Shown: positions 27,948 through 38,947, numbered from the stretch's first letter. The stretch is 64,000 nt of DNA from an uncultured Clostridia bacterium (GCA_947626755.1 CANQTP010000008.1:14786-78785), one strand, 5' to 3'. Made by a program: numbers and translations. The notes: generated by a model from the sequence alone, not told the origin.

Positions 27948-29972
27948 TCATGTAATAATATCGTCAATAAACGCTTCCGCAGCTGTGGCATGGGACTTTG
28001 CATATGCATATGCAGATTTACCATGCTTCTTGATGTTATACATTGCTTCATCGGCAGCTGCTATAATATCTTCTGTGGTCTTGCCGCTTTCAATAAGGAA
28101 TGCAATGCCTATTGAGCAGTGGATATTCAGCTTTGCTCCCGTGGATTCCGAAATAAAGCCTTCACCGAGAGTATCTATTATTTCCTGCGCGATCTTTCCC
28201 GAATCTCCGTAAAGCGTCAGGTCGGTAATGCATATTACAAACTCATCTCCGCCGAACCTTCCCGCAAATCCATGCTCAAAGCAGAATTCTTTAAGGGTAT
28301 CCGCAACAAATTTAAGAACTTCATCGCCGCAGGCATGACCGTACTGGTCGTTGAAAAACTTGAAATCATCAAGATCTATGAACATCACCGCATCAAGCGT
28401 TTTCTTATTTACGGCAAGTTCAAGCTGTCTCTTCAGACCTTTCAGGAACGTTTCTCTGTTGAAAAGCTGGGTAAGATTATCAAAATTAGCCTTCTGGATA
28501 AGGTGCATTTCGCTTTTCTTTTCCTTGTCAATATCCATGATAACGCCTATTACCTTGGTCGGAACATCATGGCGGTTGTAATACTTGGTAGCTTTTATCA
28601 TTACCCAGATAAACTCACCGTAAAGATCCTTGACGCGGTATTCGCCCTGAAATGAATTATCCTTGCTGAGAATTCGGTTAAAATCAGAACTGAACCGCTC
28701 CTTATCATCTTTATGCACCCTGAGCTTATGTATGAAGCTTTCCGACATGGTGTCGTCCTTTGGACGCAGATCAAACTTCTGGTTAAAGTTCTTTGAGACC
28801 GTAACATGAGCGTTTTCCATATTGATCTCGAAAACTATATTGTTTGTAATATCAACGATCGTTTTGTAACGCTGTTCAAGCTCGAAAGATTCTTCAAATA
28901 CCGCTTCAAGCACGCCGCTTATCTCGCGGAACTCGTCATGAGTCTTTATGTCGAATTTGGCTGTAGAATCGCCTTTCAGCTTTTTTCGCAGAGTGTCTAT
29001 GATATTGTTTACGGGTTTTGTAAAGAAATAAATGAATACTCCGCAGCCCACGCAGGAAATGATTGTTATTATTATCGAAAAGTTGCGTATCGAACTTCCC
29101 ACGCTGCTGACCTGTGAGGAAATACTTGACTGATTGGAAACATTCAGCATAGTCCAGCCGCAGACCGGGATCTCCGCACTGTATATGACCTTGCCGTTGT
29201 TTCTCACTCCGTATTCATACATATCTCCCGCGTCTTCCCTGTTGACTAAAAGTTCTCTCAGATAGTCTTCGGCGCCTTCAAGTTTATCGCTTTCGCTGTA
29301 GGATCTGATGGTTTTATACGGATATTCAAATATATTTCCGTTCCCGTCCATTATTGCGGAAGCGGTATACTTGTCAAAATGCACATTTGCAATAAGTCTT
29401 TGCAGATAAACAGTGTCGTAAAGCTGGTAAATTATTCCCTGACGGGAATTATCTTCCGAATATATCGGCTTTGCAACTATAAATACCGGGATCCCGTCAT
29501 TTTTTTCGCTGCTCATAAAAAACGGAGAAATGCCGTTTTCTTCCGATGCAAGGGAAAACAATCCGCTGTAATTGGTCATCTGCTTGTCAGAATCTGTATC
29601 ATCGGTGGAGATCACTATATCTCCGGAATTATTTATTATCATTATTTTTTGTATTGAAGAATTTGCTGCTACCTGTTCATCAAGTTTCTTTCTGATTTCG
29701 CTGTTATCCTCGGGATCGGCATCGCCGCTGTTGCAGTCAGCAGTAAATCTGCATATATCATCGGAAGAAGCAAGCTGCTTGGCAGCGGAAGTGATCTCTT
29801 CAAAATAAAAGTTTATGCTGCCTGCTCTGTTCAGTGTAAGATTGGAAACATTGTCCTCGGCAAGCTGTGCAATATTTTTCTCGGCTTTTGATGAGGAGTA
29901 AATATTTACCGCAAGCATAGGCACTATTACGATCAATGCCGTAAACAGAACAAGTTTAGTTATTATCTTCAC
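27948..29972 (-). CDS. sensor diguanylate cyclase (extracytoplasmic sensor, HAMP-like, PAS-like, GGDEF)
   Basis: Two TM helices flank a periplasmic-type sensor. C-terminal GGDEF domain with RFGGDEFVI. Confidence 0.85.
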   Translation of the reverse strand: MKIITKLVLFTALIVIVPMLAVNIYSSSKAEKNIAQLAEDNVSNLTLNRAGSINFYFEEITSAAKQLASSDDICRFTADCNSGDADPEDNSEIRKKLDEQVAANSSIQKIMIINNSGDIVISTDDTDSDKQMTNYSGLFSLASEENGISPFFMSSEKNDGIPVFIVAKPIYSEDNSRQGIIYQLYDTVYLQRLIANVHFDKYTASAIMDGNGNIFEYPYKTIRSYSESDKLEGAEDYLRELLVNREDAGDMYEYGVRNNGKVIYSAEIPVCGWTMLNVSNQSSISSQVSSVGSSIRNFSIIITIISCVGCGVFIYFFTKPVNNIIDTLRKKLKGDSTAKFDIKTHDEFREISGVLEAVFEESFELEQRYKTIVDITNNIVFEINMENAHVTVSKNFNQKFDLRPKDDTMSESFIHKLRVHKDDKERFSSDFNRILSKDNSFQGEYRVKDLYGEFIWVMIKATKYYNRHDVPTKVIGVIMDIDKEKKSEMHLIQKANFDNLTQLFNRETFLKGLKRQLELAVNKKTLDAVMFIDLDDFKFFNDQYGHACGDEVLKFVADTLKEFCFEHGFAGRFGGDEFVICITDLTLYGDSGKIAQEIIDTLGEGFISESTGAKLNIHCSIGIAFLIESGKTTEDIIAAADEAMYNIKKHGKSAYAYAKSHATAAEAFIDDIIT

Positions 29973-30093
29973 AATACCCCTCCCGGATAAAAAATACCGC
30001 TATTTATATTTTAATATTTTTTTCTCTGTTTGTAAACACAGTAAGAGACATTTTGTAAGAATTGTGCAATATTATATGAATTATTTGTGCATT

Positions 30094-32106
30094 TTATTTC
30101 TTGTCTTTTATGGAAGTTATACGATCGCTTATAATTACATATATAAATGCAAGCACCACCGCCGCCACAAGCACCGAAACTATCACTTTGACAGCTTTCG
30201 GAACGGATCTTTCTTCCGGATCATTTTCATCTGCTTCCGCTGCGGAGACCGCAGTGCTTGTCCCGATAACTTCCTCATCGGCAGGATCCTGCAAAGATGT
30301 GACCGTTTCACTTAATAATGTATCCTCAGGTTCTTCCTCCGCAGGAACGGAAGTCCCTGCCGAAGAATATGTTGACGCTTCAACGTGTTCGGGCGTTGTT
30401 TCTGTCGTTTCGGTATCGGAAACTGTGCTTTCCGAGGAAATGACGTCAGTCTGTTCACTGTCGGGAATATCGGTATCCTCTTTCAGAACATCTTCATTTA
30501 CTCTTCCGTCAAAAACGAGCATATACACCGAAAGCGGCTCCATTTCAAACGAAAAACTGTTATTTTCAATGTCGGAAATATCATCTCTGCGGGTTATTTC
30601 CGAACTTCCGCCGTCAAAGCTGTAAACTTCCGCGCTTTCAAATACGGCTGAAGATGTTATTTTTATTTCCGCAGTTTTCGGGCTGTTCTGATTCTTGTTT
30701 ATGAGAACAGTCTTCAGAGACGTTTCGTCCCTTCCCGTAACGGCGGCGTAAACCGAACTCATTATATCTCCCCCGTTTGCCGATCCAACAAGAGTATTCC
30801 CGAAACGCGAACCGTTTCCGTCATAATTCGTGTAGATATTTATTGCCGATTTCATATAGGAAATATCCGATGTGTTCGGTCTCATGCACGCCATATGAAC
30901 GCCGTATTCCGCAAAGATCCCCAGTGCATCGGCTGCCGCAATTCCTCCGCTGACGTTGTCTCCCCCGCCGAAGTTATATTCCGAGAACGAAAGCTTTGTG
31001 CCGGGATAGTACATATCTATGGAAGCATTCAGTGTAGGTATCAGCGGGATATACTGACTGTGCATTATAGCCGTGGTGCTGTTTTCGGTGTAGGAACTGT
31101 CCCACAGGATACGGGGCGCCTGCATACGCACATTGTTTGAAAGTGCGTCATTGCTGTCTATGATCGGCAGAAGAAGTCCGTTTGTGGCTTCTGTGTGATA
31201 GTGAATGTCCAGCACGTCCAGAAGTCTTTTGCCGCTTTTGTACGAAGCTGCTTTCATCTTATCCAGATAGTAATCTATGAACCAGCTGTAATCATTCCGG
31301 TATTTTTCCCAATCGGCAGGATTTTTTATGTTGATAAAAGCGTCTATGCCGCTTATTGAAGGACCGTAAACAAGTGCAGTGGGGTCTATCCTCTTTACAG
31401 CGTCTGCAAGTTCTGCGGAACGGGAGATCAGCGGTTCCGCAGCGATCCGCTCAGGAGTCGCTTCGGGAAATCTTGTGAACCAGTTCTCAGGCTCGCAGTC
31501 AAGAAAATATCCGTTGATGCCGCCGTCCACAGCATAGCCGTAACGGTTCGCAAGGAAACTTACATATTCGTCCATGTAAACAGTGCCGTCCGATGTGTCG
31601 GGGGCGGTAAGATAGCTGTCATTCTTGCTGAAAACAACATTTTCCCACGGAGAACCCGATCCTGACGGAGCAACTTTTCCCATCATCTGCAAAGTTACAT
31701 ATTTTGAAGGTATACCGTAACGTTTCGCACGGGACATAAGGTTGTCCGTATAAAGCGCGGGGGTCTGCTGATCCTCGCCGGGATAGGACTCTACAAGCGC
31801 AAGGCTGTTTTCGCTGCCGTTCCCCGAACCCGAGTTTGAATAGTTAGTTTCCCAGTTATAAGAAGAGATCCGCATATCCGACTGTTTAACGGCATTTACC
31901 GTAACGCCCGATATATCCGATTCGGCATTTATACCATAAATATACGGACTTATCCTGCCTGCAATGTCAATGGTATTTATGGAAATTTCCACATTTCCCG
32001 TATCGCGGTATGACGAACTGAGCATTGCGGAAACGCTTTCCGAACACAGTGCCGCCGCTGCGGATACCGCACATATAACGGCAATTATCCTGTTTTGCTT
32101 TTTCAT
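30094..32106 (-). CDS. secreted glycoside hydrolase, GH44-like, with Thr/Glu-rich stalk and C-terminal TM anchor
   Basis: Signal peptide. SSYNWETNYSNSGSG and FLDCEPENW resemble the GH44 signatures (YNWENN.SNAG, LDNEP..W). Family assigned from memory only. Confidence 0.45.
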   Translation of the reverse strand: MKKQNRIIAVICAVSAAAALCSESVSAMLSSSYRDTGNVEISINTIDIAGRISPYIYGINAESDISGVTVNAVKQSDMRISSYNWETNYSNSGSGNGSENSLALVESYPGEDQQTPALYTDNLMSRAKRYGIPSKYVTLQMMGKVAPSGSGSPWENVVFSKNDSYLTAPDTSDGTVYMDEYVSFLANRYGYAVDGGINGYFLDCEPENWFTRFPEATPERIAAEPLISRSAELADAVKRIDPTALVYGPSISGIDAFINIKNPADWEKYRNDYSWFIDYYLDKMKAASYKSGKRLLDVLDIHYHTEATNGLLLPIIDSNDALSNNVRMQAPRILWDSSYTENSTTAIMHSQYIPLIPTLNASIDMYYPGTKLSFSEYNFGGGDNVSGGIAAADALGIFAEYGVHMACMRPNTSDISYMKSAINIYTNYDGNGSRFGNTLVGSANGGDIMSSVYAAVTGRDETSLKTVLINKNQNSPKTAEIKITSSAVFESAEVYSFDGGSSEITRRDDISDIENNSFSFEMEPLSVYMLVFDGRVNEDVLKEDTDIPDSEQTDVISSESTVSDTETTETTPEHVEASTYSSAGTSVPAEEEPEDTLLSETVTSLQDPADEEVIGTSTAVSAAEADENDPEERSVPKAVKVIVSVLVAAVVLAFIYVIISDRITSIKDKK

Positions 32107-32197
32107 AATATGGACCTCGCAAACAAATTTCCCCTATACTATCAATTATACAGCCAAAATGCTCTGAAATCAATAGCTTGCGGGCATTTACAGAATT

Positions 32198-34981
32198 TTA
32201 CGAAAAACGCATACTGTAAACGGACAGCATTCCGCCCAGATATAACCGCAAAGGCATAACGCCGCTTACCTTTTCAAGAGGTATGGTATAAAGGCTGAAA
32301 CCGTCCTTTTTAGGTGACGGAGCAATATCCGCGCTGCCTATCAGCTTTTCCCCCGCGTAAATTTCAAGCTTCTTTCCGCCTACGGGAGCGGCGCAGAGAA
32401 TTTCCGCCTTGGTGTAGTCCTTCATATCCGCATCGTTGTAGACAAGGCTTCCGCCCCAATCCCCCGAAACGGCATAATGATCGTTCTTATCATAGCTGAA
32501 ATCAAGGGTAACGTTGTCCTTGCCGTCATAATTCTTTGCCTTGGTGATCTTCGACATATCACGGGGCGGGATCTCCTCGCCCACAATGTCAATAGTCATC
32601 TCGCAGCGGATATCTTCACTGGAAGCACCTGCCATAAATGTATAGCTGCCGCTTTCGATGCAGTATTTTTCGCGGGTAACGTCATAGAACGCCAGATCGT
32701 AAGGTACTATCGTAAATCCCATTTTCAGTTTCTCGTGTCCTTTTATATTCTGCCTGTGGAAGGCGCAGAGCTGCTTTAACGGACGTTTTACCCGCGAATT
32801 GTTGACTCTGAAATAGAACTGTATGACTTCTTCTCCGTCGATCCAAGAGACATTTTCAACAATGAGTTCTGCATGAATTTTATCTTCATACTGCTTTACA
32901 CTGAAACCCGAATACACAAAATCAGAATAGGAAAGTCCATGTCCGAAAGGAAACAGCGGTTTTCCCTTATAATACATATAGGTCATGTCATTGGAAATTA
33001 TATCATAGTCCTTTATGTCGGGGAGTTCATGCACCGAGCTGTACCATGTCATGGGACACCTTGCGGCGGGGTTGCTTTTTCCGCTTAAGGCTTCGGCAAC
33101 GGCATAGCCCAGTTCGGGTCCTGCGTGGGTGGTGTACATTATAGCAGGAAGGGATTTTTCCTCACCGCCCAGTGCATACGGATAGCTTGAAACTATCATC
33201 AGCACCGTGTCGGGATTTGCCATGCGTACAGCGTTTATCAGCTCCCGTTGATGTGCGGGAAGAACAATGTCCGGGCGATCAAAACATTCCCTTGCCACCT
33301 GCATGGGGTGATTTCCCACACAGAGAATGACAATATCCGCTTCGGCGGCAAGCTTTGCTGCCCGTTCCGCTCCCTTGGAAAGCGTTTCTATCTCAAACTG
33401 TTTGTCCGCTGTAAGGGAAGAAGCTCTCTTGACTGCAAGGCGATCCTCATCGTTTACATATATGTCCATAGCACAATCGTGCCAGCTTCTGAAACTGTAT
33501 TTTCCGTCATGGATCGTGGGCTTGAACCATTCGCGGATAAACCATTCATAGGGAGTCCTGCTTTTTGCCTTGTAAGTTCCGTCCTCGGTGAGATACAGAC
33601 CGTTTGCAACAGATTTGAAGTTTATCGAGCCGAAATCCCAATCATGCATCTCAAAACTTTCCGCAGTTCCCGCGCTGTCCGAAACGGCTCTTACATCGCC
33701 GTCACTGTCAACGGAAAGATACTTGCCGTTCTTGCAGGATCTCACCGAAACAATATCATATCCGTTGTCAAAAAGTATATTTTCTGCGCCGTATTCATTT
33801 TCCATTCCGTCCTTGATACTTATGGCATAGCTTGCCCGTCCCGTGTACCAGTCGCAGTAATTCTCGTCCGCAAGAGGACCTATAACGGCAATTTTCTTTG
33901 CCTTGTACCTTCTTATCGGAAGAATTCCGTTATTTCTCAGCAGACACATCTGCTCCTTGGCGGCCTCGCGGTTGATCTCGCGGCTTTTCTCGCTGTCAAC
34001 TTCAACTTCCATATTCTTGTATGGGTGTTCATCGTCAAATTCTCCAAGTTTGAAACGTCCCAGCAGGACATTTCCCACAGCTTTGTCAATGTCCGCTTCG
34101 GTGATAAGCTTTCTGTCCAAAGCGTCCATGGCGGCGGCGTAAACCATATCTTCGGGATCGGTCATGCTGTCCGCGCCGTTTTTCAGGCAAAGCGCAAGGG
34201 CTTCCGCGTGGGTTTTTACATTCTTATGGGCAAGGTGATTCTGCGAAAAGTCCCCGCCGTCCGTCACAACAAAATCCAGTCCCCATTCGTCCTTCAGAAC
34301 ATTCTGCAAGTCGGGGTTCATTACCGCAGGGACTCCCGAAAGTTCGTTGTACGCAGCCATTACAGAACGCGCTTTCCCATGGGTTATGGGGAATTCAAAA
34401 GCCTTATAATAATATTCATGGAGCGTTCTCGGATCAACATTTGCGGAACAAGTCCCTCTGTCCTTTTCGTTATTGTCGGCGCAGAAGTGTTTCAGGGTGG
34501 GGATAGTTTTCATATACTTTTTATCTGTTCCCGCAAGACCGACTGTATAGGCATAGGTCATTCTTCCCGCAAGGTGAGGATCTTCGCCGTAAGCTTCCTC
34601 GGTGCGCCCCCAGCGCGGATCACGTTCCATGTCAACGGTAGGTCCCCAGAGCATAAGTCCGCCGTTTCCTTTTTTCTGATAGTAATATCTTGCTTCATTT
34701 CCCGCGATTTCGCCGAGACAGTACATCAGATCCATGTCAAATGTGGAAGCAAGTCCTATAGGCTGTGGGAATACTGTGGAAATTTCCTCGTCAGTCCTTC
34801 CAACGTATCCTCTTGCAACTTCCGTGCCAACGTACCACTCGCCTATCCCAAGCCTTGGAACGGCTTTCATATGTGAGGAAAGCATATTTGCCTTTTCCTC
34901 GATGGTAAGCCGTGAAAGCAGGTCTTTTACACGTTCTTCAAAACTAAGTGAACTGTCGCGGAACGGATATTTCTTCTCCAT
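32198..34981 (-). CDS. glycoside hydrolase family 3 (beta-glucosidase/beta-xylosidase-like) with inserted domain
   Basis: GH3 motifs KHFCADNNE, VMAAYNELSGVP, FVVTDGGD. AAAAGGAG SD before ATG 34981. Confidence 0.85.
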   Translation of the reverse strand: MEKKYPFRDSSLSFEERVKDLLSRLTIEEKANMLSSHMKAVPRLGIGEWYVGTEVARGYVGRTDEEISTVFPQPIGLASTFDMDLMYCLGEIAGNEARYYYQKKGNGGLMLWGPTVDMERDPRWGRTEEAYGEDPHLAGRMTYAYTVGLAGTDKKYMKTIPTLKHFCADNNEKDRGTCSANVDPRTLHEYYYKAFEFPITHGKARSVMAAYNELSGVPAVMNPDLQNVLKDEWGLDFVVTDGGDFSQNHLAHKNVKTHAEALALCLKNGADSMTDPEDMVYAAAMDALDRKLITEADIDKAVGNVLLGRFKLGEFDDEHPYKNMEVEVDSEKSREINREAAKEQMCLLRNNGILPIRRYKAKKIAVIGPLADENYCDWYTGRASYAISIKDGMENEYGAENILFDNGYDIVSVRSCKNGKYLSVDSDGDVRAVSDSAGTAESFEMHDWDFGSINFKSVANGLYLTEDGTYKAKSRTPYEWFIREWFKPTIHDGKYSFRSWHDCAMDIYVNDEDRLAVKRASSLTADKQFEIETLSKGAERAAKLAAEADIVILCVGNHPMQVARECFDRPDIVLPAHQRELINAVRMANPDTVLMIVSSYPYALGGEEKSLPAIMYTTHAGPELGYAVAEALSGKSNPAARCPMTWYSSVHELPDIKDYDIISNDMTYMYYKGKPLFPFGHGLSYSDFVYSGFSVKQYEDKIHAELIVENVSWIDGEEVIQFYFRVNNSRVKRPLKQLCAFHRQNIKGHEKLKMGFTIVPYDLAFYDVTREKYCIESGSYTFMAGASSEDIRCEMTIDIVGEEIPPRDMSKITKAKNYDGKDNVTLDFSYDKNDHYAVSGDWGGSLVYNDADMKDYTKAEILCAAPVGGKKLEIYAGEKLIGSADIAPSPKKDGFSLYTIPLEKVSGVMPLRLYLGGMLSVYSMRFS

Positions 34982-35002
34982 AAATAAATCTCCTTTTCTA
35001 AT

Positions 35003-35135
35003 AGAGTTGAGCAAGGCTGAGCCTTGACCCTTTCAGGCTTTATTAAGTGATTTTCTGTTTTATGCCTACCGTGAGGTACAGTGAAGCGAGGGTCTGCGCT
35101 TTTAATTACGCATTACGCATTACGAATTACGCATT
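35003..35135 (-). repeat. solo copy of the 133-bp repeat family seen after ssrA
   Basis: On the + strand: GAGTTGA, the CAAGGCTGAGCCTTG hairpin, a core alignable to the reverse complement of 57605-57737, then the AATTACG-type run AATTACGCATTACGCATTACGAATTACGCAT. Confidence 0.7.
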
Positions 35136-35152
35136 TATACGCTGCAGCCTTG

Positions 35153-36265
35153 TTACAGAACGACTTTTGAGGTAAAGGTATAGACCGTTATAAGAAGTAT
35201 GACATTTACAAGGGTGAAAACTCCCAGATATTTAAGCGGACGTGCATGGTCGGTCTCCATGTATATTCTCAGGGAAATTATGCTTGCAAGGCTTGCAACT
35301 ATAGTTCCCAGTCCGCCTATGTTTACTCCGAGAACAAGAGCGCGGGCGTTATCGGTAAATCCCGAAAGCATTACCGCCGCGGGAACGTTGCTAATCACCT
35401 GACTTACAGCCGCGGAAGCAAACAGTTCACGTCCGTCAAGAAGCTTTGTGATAAACTCACGCACGGCGTCAATGTTCTGGATATTTCCCACAAATATAAA
35501 GAAAAACGCAAAGGTCAGCAGAAGCCCGTAATCAACGCCCGCAAAAAGTTTTACGTCCATTATCAGAGCCACCACGCAGACGGAAGCAAACACTACTATC
35601 ACGTCAAGAACTTTGAAAACAGCCAGCAGGCAAAGCAGGAAAAGCACCGTATACATTATAAGATAGCTCCGCTTTCCCGTGATGTGCGCCTGACGGTTCT
35701 CAACGCCAAGCGGCTCATTTTTTATGAACAGGCAGAGTATCAGTATAAGCCCGATATTTACCGCCGAAACAGGCAGCACTGCGGAGAAAAATTCCCAAGG
35801 CGTCATGTTGTAATGCCCGTAAAGATACAGATTCTGAGGATTTCCGAAAGGCGTCAGCATACTTCCCAGATTTGCCGCGGCGGTCTGGACAGTTATGACA
35901 TATATCATAGTATCGGGACGCTGTGCAAACAGCACCGCCGTTATCGGCACGAACGCTATCAGCGCAACATCGTTTGTAAACAGCATTGACGCGAAAAAGG
36001 AAATGAATATCAGCACCGTTCCCGTGCGCCTTGTGTATGCTTTCCCCTTGCCAAGAAGCTTGCAGGAAACAGCCGAAAGCAGGTTGCTTTCGCGGAATCC
36101 CGCTATCGCTATCATCAGGCAGAACAGCAGCCCCACGGTATCGGTATTTATATAATTGATATAGTTTGTCACAGGCACGAAAAGGCAGGACACCAACGCG
36201 GCAATTCCCGCTATCACCAGCACAAATTCTTTCTTGCAAAATTCTATAAACGATTTCATTGGCAT
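35153..36265 (-). CDS. ArsB/NhaD-superfamily anion permease
   Basis: About 10 TM segments, 370 aa, citrate-transporter-like composition. Confidence 0.5.
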   Translation of the reverse strand: MPMKSFIEFCKKEFVLVIAGIAALVSCLFVPVTNYINYINTDTVGLLFCLMIAIAGFRESNLLSAVSCKLLGKGKAYTRRTGTVLIFISFFASMLFTNDVALIAFVPITAVLFAQRPDTMIYVITVQTAAANLGSMLTPFGNPQNLYLYGHYNMTPWEFFSAVLPVSAVNIGLILILCLFIKNEPLGVENRQAHITGKRSYLIMYTVLFLLCLLAVFKVLDVIVVFASVCVVALIMDVKLFAGVDYGLLLTFAFFFIFVGNIQNIDAVREFITKLLDGRELFASAAVSQVISNVPAAVMLSGFTDNARALVLGVNIGGLGTIVASLASIISLRIYMETDHARPLKYLGVFTLVNVILLITVYTFTSKVVL

Positions 36266-36275
36266 AAACTCCCAA

Positions 36276-37181
36276 TTACAATATCAGATCAATTACAGTC
36301 CCGCAGAGAACGCCCGTAAAATATACCGTTCCGAGGACGGCAAAATTTTCGCGGATATTCTTATTTGCGCGGAAAAGCACTGCAAGTCCCACTCCCGCGC
36401 CCGTGCAAAGCCCCGCCACGGCAGAACCCGCGGTTATCATTCCGTCCGCGTAAAGTTCGGTAAGAAGCACCGATGCGGCGCAGTTGGGAACAAGTCCCAC
36501 TATCCCCGCAATGGCAGATTGGAAAAGTCCCATCTTCCCAAGGAAGCGGGAAACCGCTTCTTCCCCCGCAAAGGACATTATCAAGCCGAGTATAACGTTC
36601 ACTATCAATATAAAAACAAAGATATTCAGCGTATGTTTAAGTGAGGAATACCATATGCCGTGATTTTCGCAGCCGCAGCCGCTTTCCGTGCAAATTTCCC
36701 CGATAGCGCCGTCATCGGATCTTTTCAGTTTCAGCATCCTGATCGTCAGGTCGGCGGCAAGTCCCGCGCAAAAGGCAATTGCAACTTTCACAAGAATGAG
36801 TTTCCATATCATGCCCGACATATCAGGGTGTGCAAGCAGCACGGGAATTGCTTCGTCTGATGTGGAAATGAACACTGCAATGAGCGTTCCGAAAGAAATT
36901 ACCCGCCCTGCGAACAAGTTCGATGCTGCAACAGAAAATCCGCATTGAGGTATGCAGCCCACCACCGCGCCCGTGACCGCGCCGAAAAAGCCGTTGCCCG
37001 TCTTTTGGAGAAAATTTACAAGTTTATCCCCCGTGTGGTGTTCGATAAATTCCATAAGCAGGAAAGCAAGAAACAGGAACGGCAGCATTTTCAGGGAATC
37101 AAGTAACGCGTCAAGAAGCGCGCCGCCTATTCCCTCGGAATGGGCATGAGCGGAGAGAATATTCGCAATACGGAAGTACAT
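36276..37181 (-). CDS. ArsP_2-like (putative metal transporter) membrane protein
   Basis: Polytopic. Paired motifs GCIPQCGFS and GLVPNCAAS. Family recalled from memory. Confidence 0.45.
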   Translation of the reverse strand: MYFRIANILSAHAHSEGIGGALLDALLDSLKMLPFLFLAFLLMEFIEHHTGDKLVNFLQKTGNGFFGAVTGAVVGCIPQCGFSVAASNLFAGRVISFGTLIAVFISTSDEAIPVLLAHPDMSGMIWKLILVKVAIAFCAGLAADLTIRMLKLKRSDDGAIGEICTESGCGCENHGIWYSSLKHTLNIFVFILIVNVILGLIMSFAGEEAVSRFLGKMGLFQSAIAGIVGLVPNCAASVLLTELYADGMITAGSAVAGLCTGAGVGLAVLFRANKNIRENFAVLGTVYFTGVLCGTVIDLIL

Positions 37182-37359
37182 TTCGGGTATCCTTTCAGAA
37201 AAAATATTATAATCAATTAATTATATCACATTTACATATATTTTTCAAGGTTTTTTTAAAATTTTTGCCTTAATTGACTCTTGCGGAAAATGTCGTGATA
37301 TGATATAATAAAATTTAATAGTTTATGAAAAAATTCAAGTTATGGAAAGGAAGATAGAT

Positions 37360-38898
37360 ATGTCACATCAGCTTGTGATCGTTCTGGATTTCGGCGGGCA
37401 GTACAATCAGCTTATTGCAAGGCGCGTCCGCGAGTGCGGCGTTTACTGCGAGGTAAAGTCATACAAAACTCCCATTGAGGAACTGAAAAAAATGTCCCCC
37501 GTGGGTATAATTTTCACGGGAGGACCGAGCAGCGTTTACAAAGGTGATTCGCCAACATATTCAAAGGAAATTTTTGAACTGGGAATACCTATTCTGGGAA
37601 TTTGCTACGGCTGCCAGCTTATGGCACATCTTCTGGGCGGAAAGGTAACTTCCGCGGTCACAAGCGAATACGGAAAGACAGAAACTTACTATGACAAGTC
37701 CTGTGCGCTTTTCGGTGCGGAGAATTTGCCCGAAAAGGCAATTTCGTGGATGAGCCACACCGACTATATCGAAAAGATACCCGACGGGTTCAGGATCACG
37801 GCGCATACAGACTGCTGTCCCACGGCGGCGATGGAATGTCCCGAAAGAAAGCTGTATGCAGTGCAGTTCCACCCGGAAGTAAATCACACCGAACACGGCG
37901 CGGGAATGATAGACAGTTTCCTGAAAAACGTCTGCGGCTGCGTCGGCGACTGGACAATGGAAAAGTACGCGGAAACGGCGATAAAGAATATCCGTGAAAA
38001 GGTGGGCGGCGGAAAAGTTCTGCTTGCGCTTTCGGGCGGTGTGGACAGTTCCGTGGCGGCGGCGCTGCTTTCCAAAGCAGTGGGAGACAAGCTGACTTGT
38101 ATCTTTGTGGATCACGGTTTCATGCGCAAGAACGAGGGGGACGAAATTGAACAGGCATTTGTGGGTTGGGGACTGAATTTTGTACGGGTAAACGCAAAGG
38201 AGCAGTTCATGAGCCGAATGCGGGGCGTTTCCGACCCGGAGACAAAGCGAAAGATAATCGGGGAAGAATTTATCCGCGTTTTCGAGCAGGAAGCAAAGAA
38301 GATAGGGAAAGTAGATTTCCTCGTTCAGGGAACAATTTACCCTGACATTATCGAAAGCGGAACGGGAGACGCGGCGGTGATAAAATCCCACCACAACGTA
38401 GGCGGGCTTCCCGATCATGTGGATTTCAAGGAAATAATCGAGCCACTCCGTATGCTTTTCAAGGACGAAGTACGCGCTCTGGGGCGGGAACTGGGTCTTG
38501 CGGAAGTTCTTGTGAACCGTCAGCCGTTCCCGGGACCGGGACTTGCGATCCGCATAATCGGGGAAATTACCGATGAAAAGCTTGAAATTCTTCAGGACGC
38601 GGACTATATTTTCCGTGAAGAAATTGCAAAAGCGGGTCTGGACAAGGACATTCACCAATATTTTGCGGTGCTGACAAATATGCGTTCCGTCGGGGTAATG
38701 GGCGACGGCAGGACATACGACTACACGCTTGCGCTCCGGGGAGTGGTAACCACGGATTTCATGACGGCGGATTTTGCAAAGATCCCATACGAAGTTCTTG
38801 AAGTATGCGCGAGCCGCATTGTCAACGAGGTAAGATCCATAAACCGCGTTGTTTATGATGTTACAACCAAGCCGCCGGCGACTATTGAGTGGGAATAA
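37360..38898 (+). CDS. guaA: GMP synthase (glutamine-hydrolysing)
   Basis: [33 protein letters not shown]-terminal ..[19 protein letters not shown] before ATG 37360. Confidence 0.95.
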   Translation: MSHQLVIVLDFGGQYNQLIARRVRECGVYCEVKSYKTPIEELKKMSPVGIIFTGGPSSVYKGDSPTYSKEIFELGIPILGICYGCQLMAHLLGGKVTSAVTSEYGKTETYYDKSCALFGAENLPEKAISWMSHTDYIEKIPDGFRITAHTDCCPTAAMECPERKLYAVQFHPEVNHTEHGAGMIDSFLKNVCGCVGDWTMEKYAETAIKNIREKVGGGKVLLALSGGVDSSVAAALLSKAVGDKLTCIFVDHGFMRKNEGDEIEQAFVGWGLNFVRVNAKEQFMSRMRGVSDPETKRKIIGEEFIRVFEQEAKKIGKVDFLVQGTIYPDIIESGTGDAAVIKSHHNVGGLPDHVDFKEIIEPLRMLFKDEVRALGRELGLAEVLVNRQPFPGPGLAIRIIGEITDEKLEILQDADYIFREEIAKAGLDKDIHQYFAVLTNMRSVGVMGDGRTYDYTLALRGVVTTDFMTADFAKIPYEVLEVCASRIVNEVRSINRVVYDVTTKPPATIEWE

Positions 38899-38947
38899 TT
38901 GTTTTCTCCCTGCAAACTGCGGTGATACGCGGGTTGCGGGGAGAATT
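38887..38947 (+). repeat. direct repeat, left copy (guaA last 4 codons + terminator hairpin)
   Basis: GAGTGGGAATAATTGTTTTCTCCCTGCAAACTGCGGTGATACGCGGGTTGCGGGGAGAATT. Confidence 0.9.

Noticed and set aside
33248-34876. 542-aa ORF on the + strand
   Set aside because: It is entirely antisense to the well-supported GH3 gene. The sequence is low-complexity and Arg/Ser/Phe-rich, with no SD and no recognisable motifs. It is a typical shadow ORF.
37182-37359. Purine riboswitch upstream of guaA
   Set aside because: I looked for the conserved purine-riboswitch core (paired P2/P3 loops, ..TATAATCGCGTGGATATGGCACGCA.. type). Only AT-rich promoter-like sequence is present.
37561-38658. 365-aa ORF on the - strand
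   Set aside because: It is antisense to guaA, whose identity is unambiguous. Shadow ORF.
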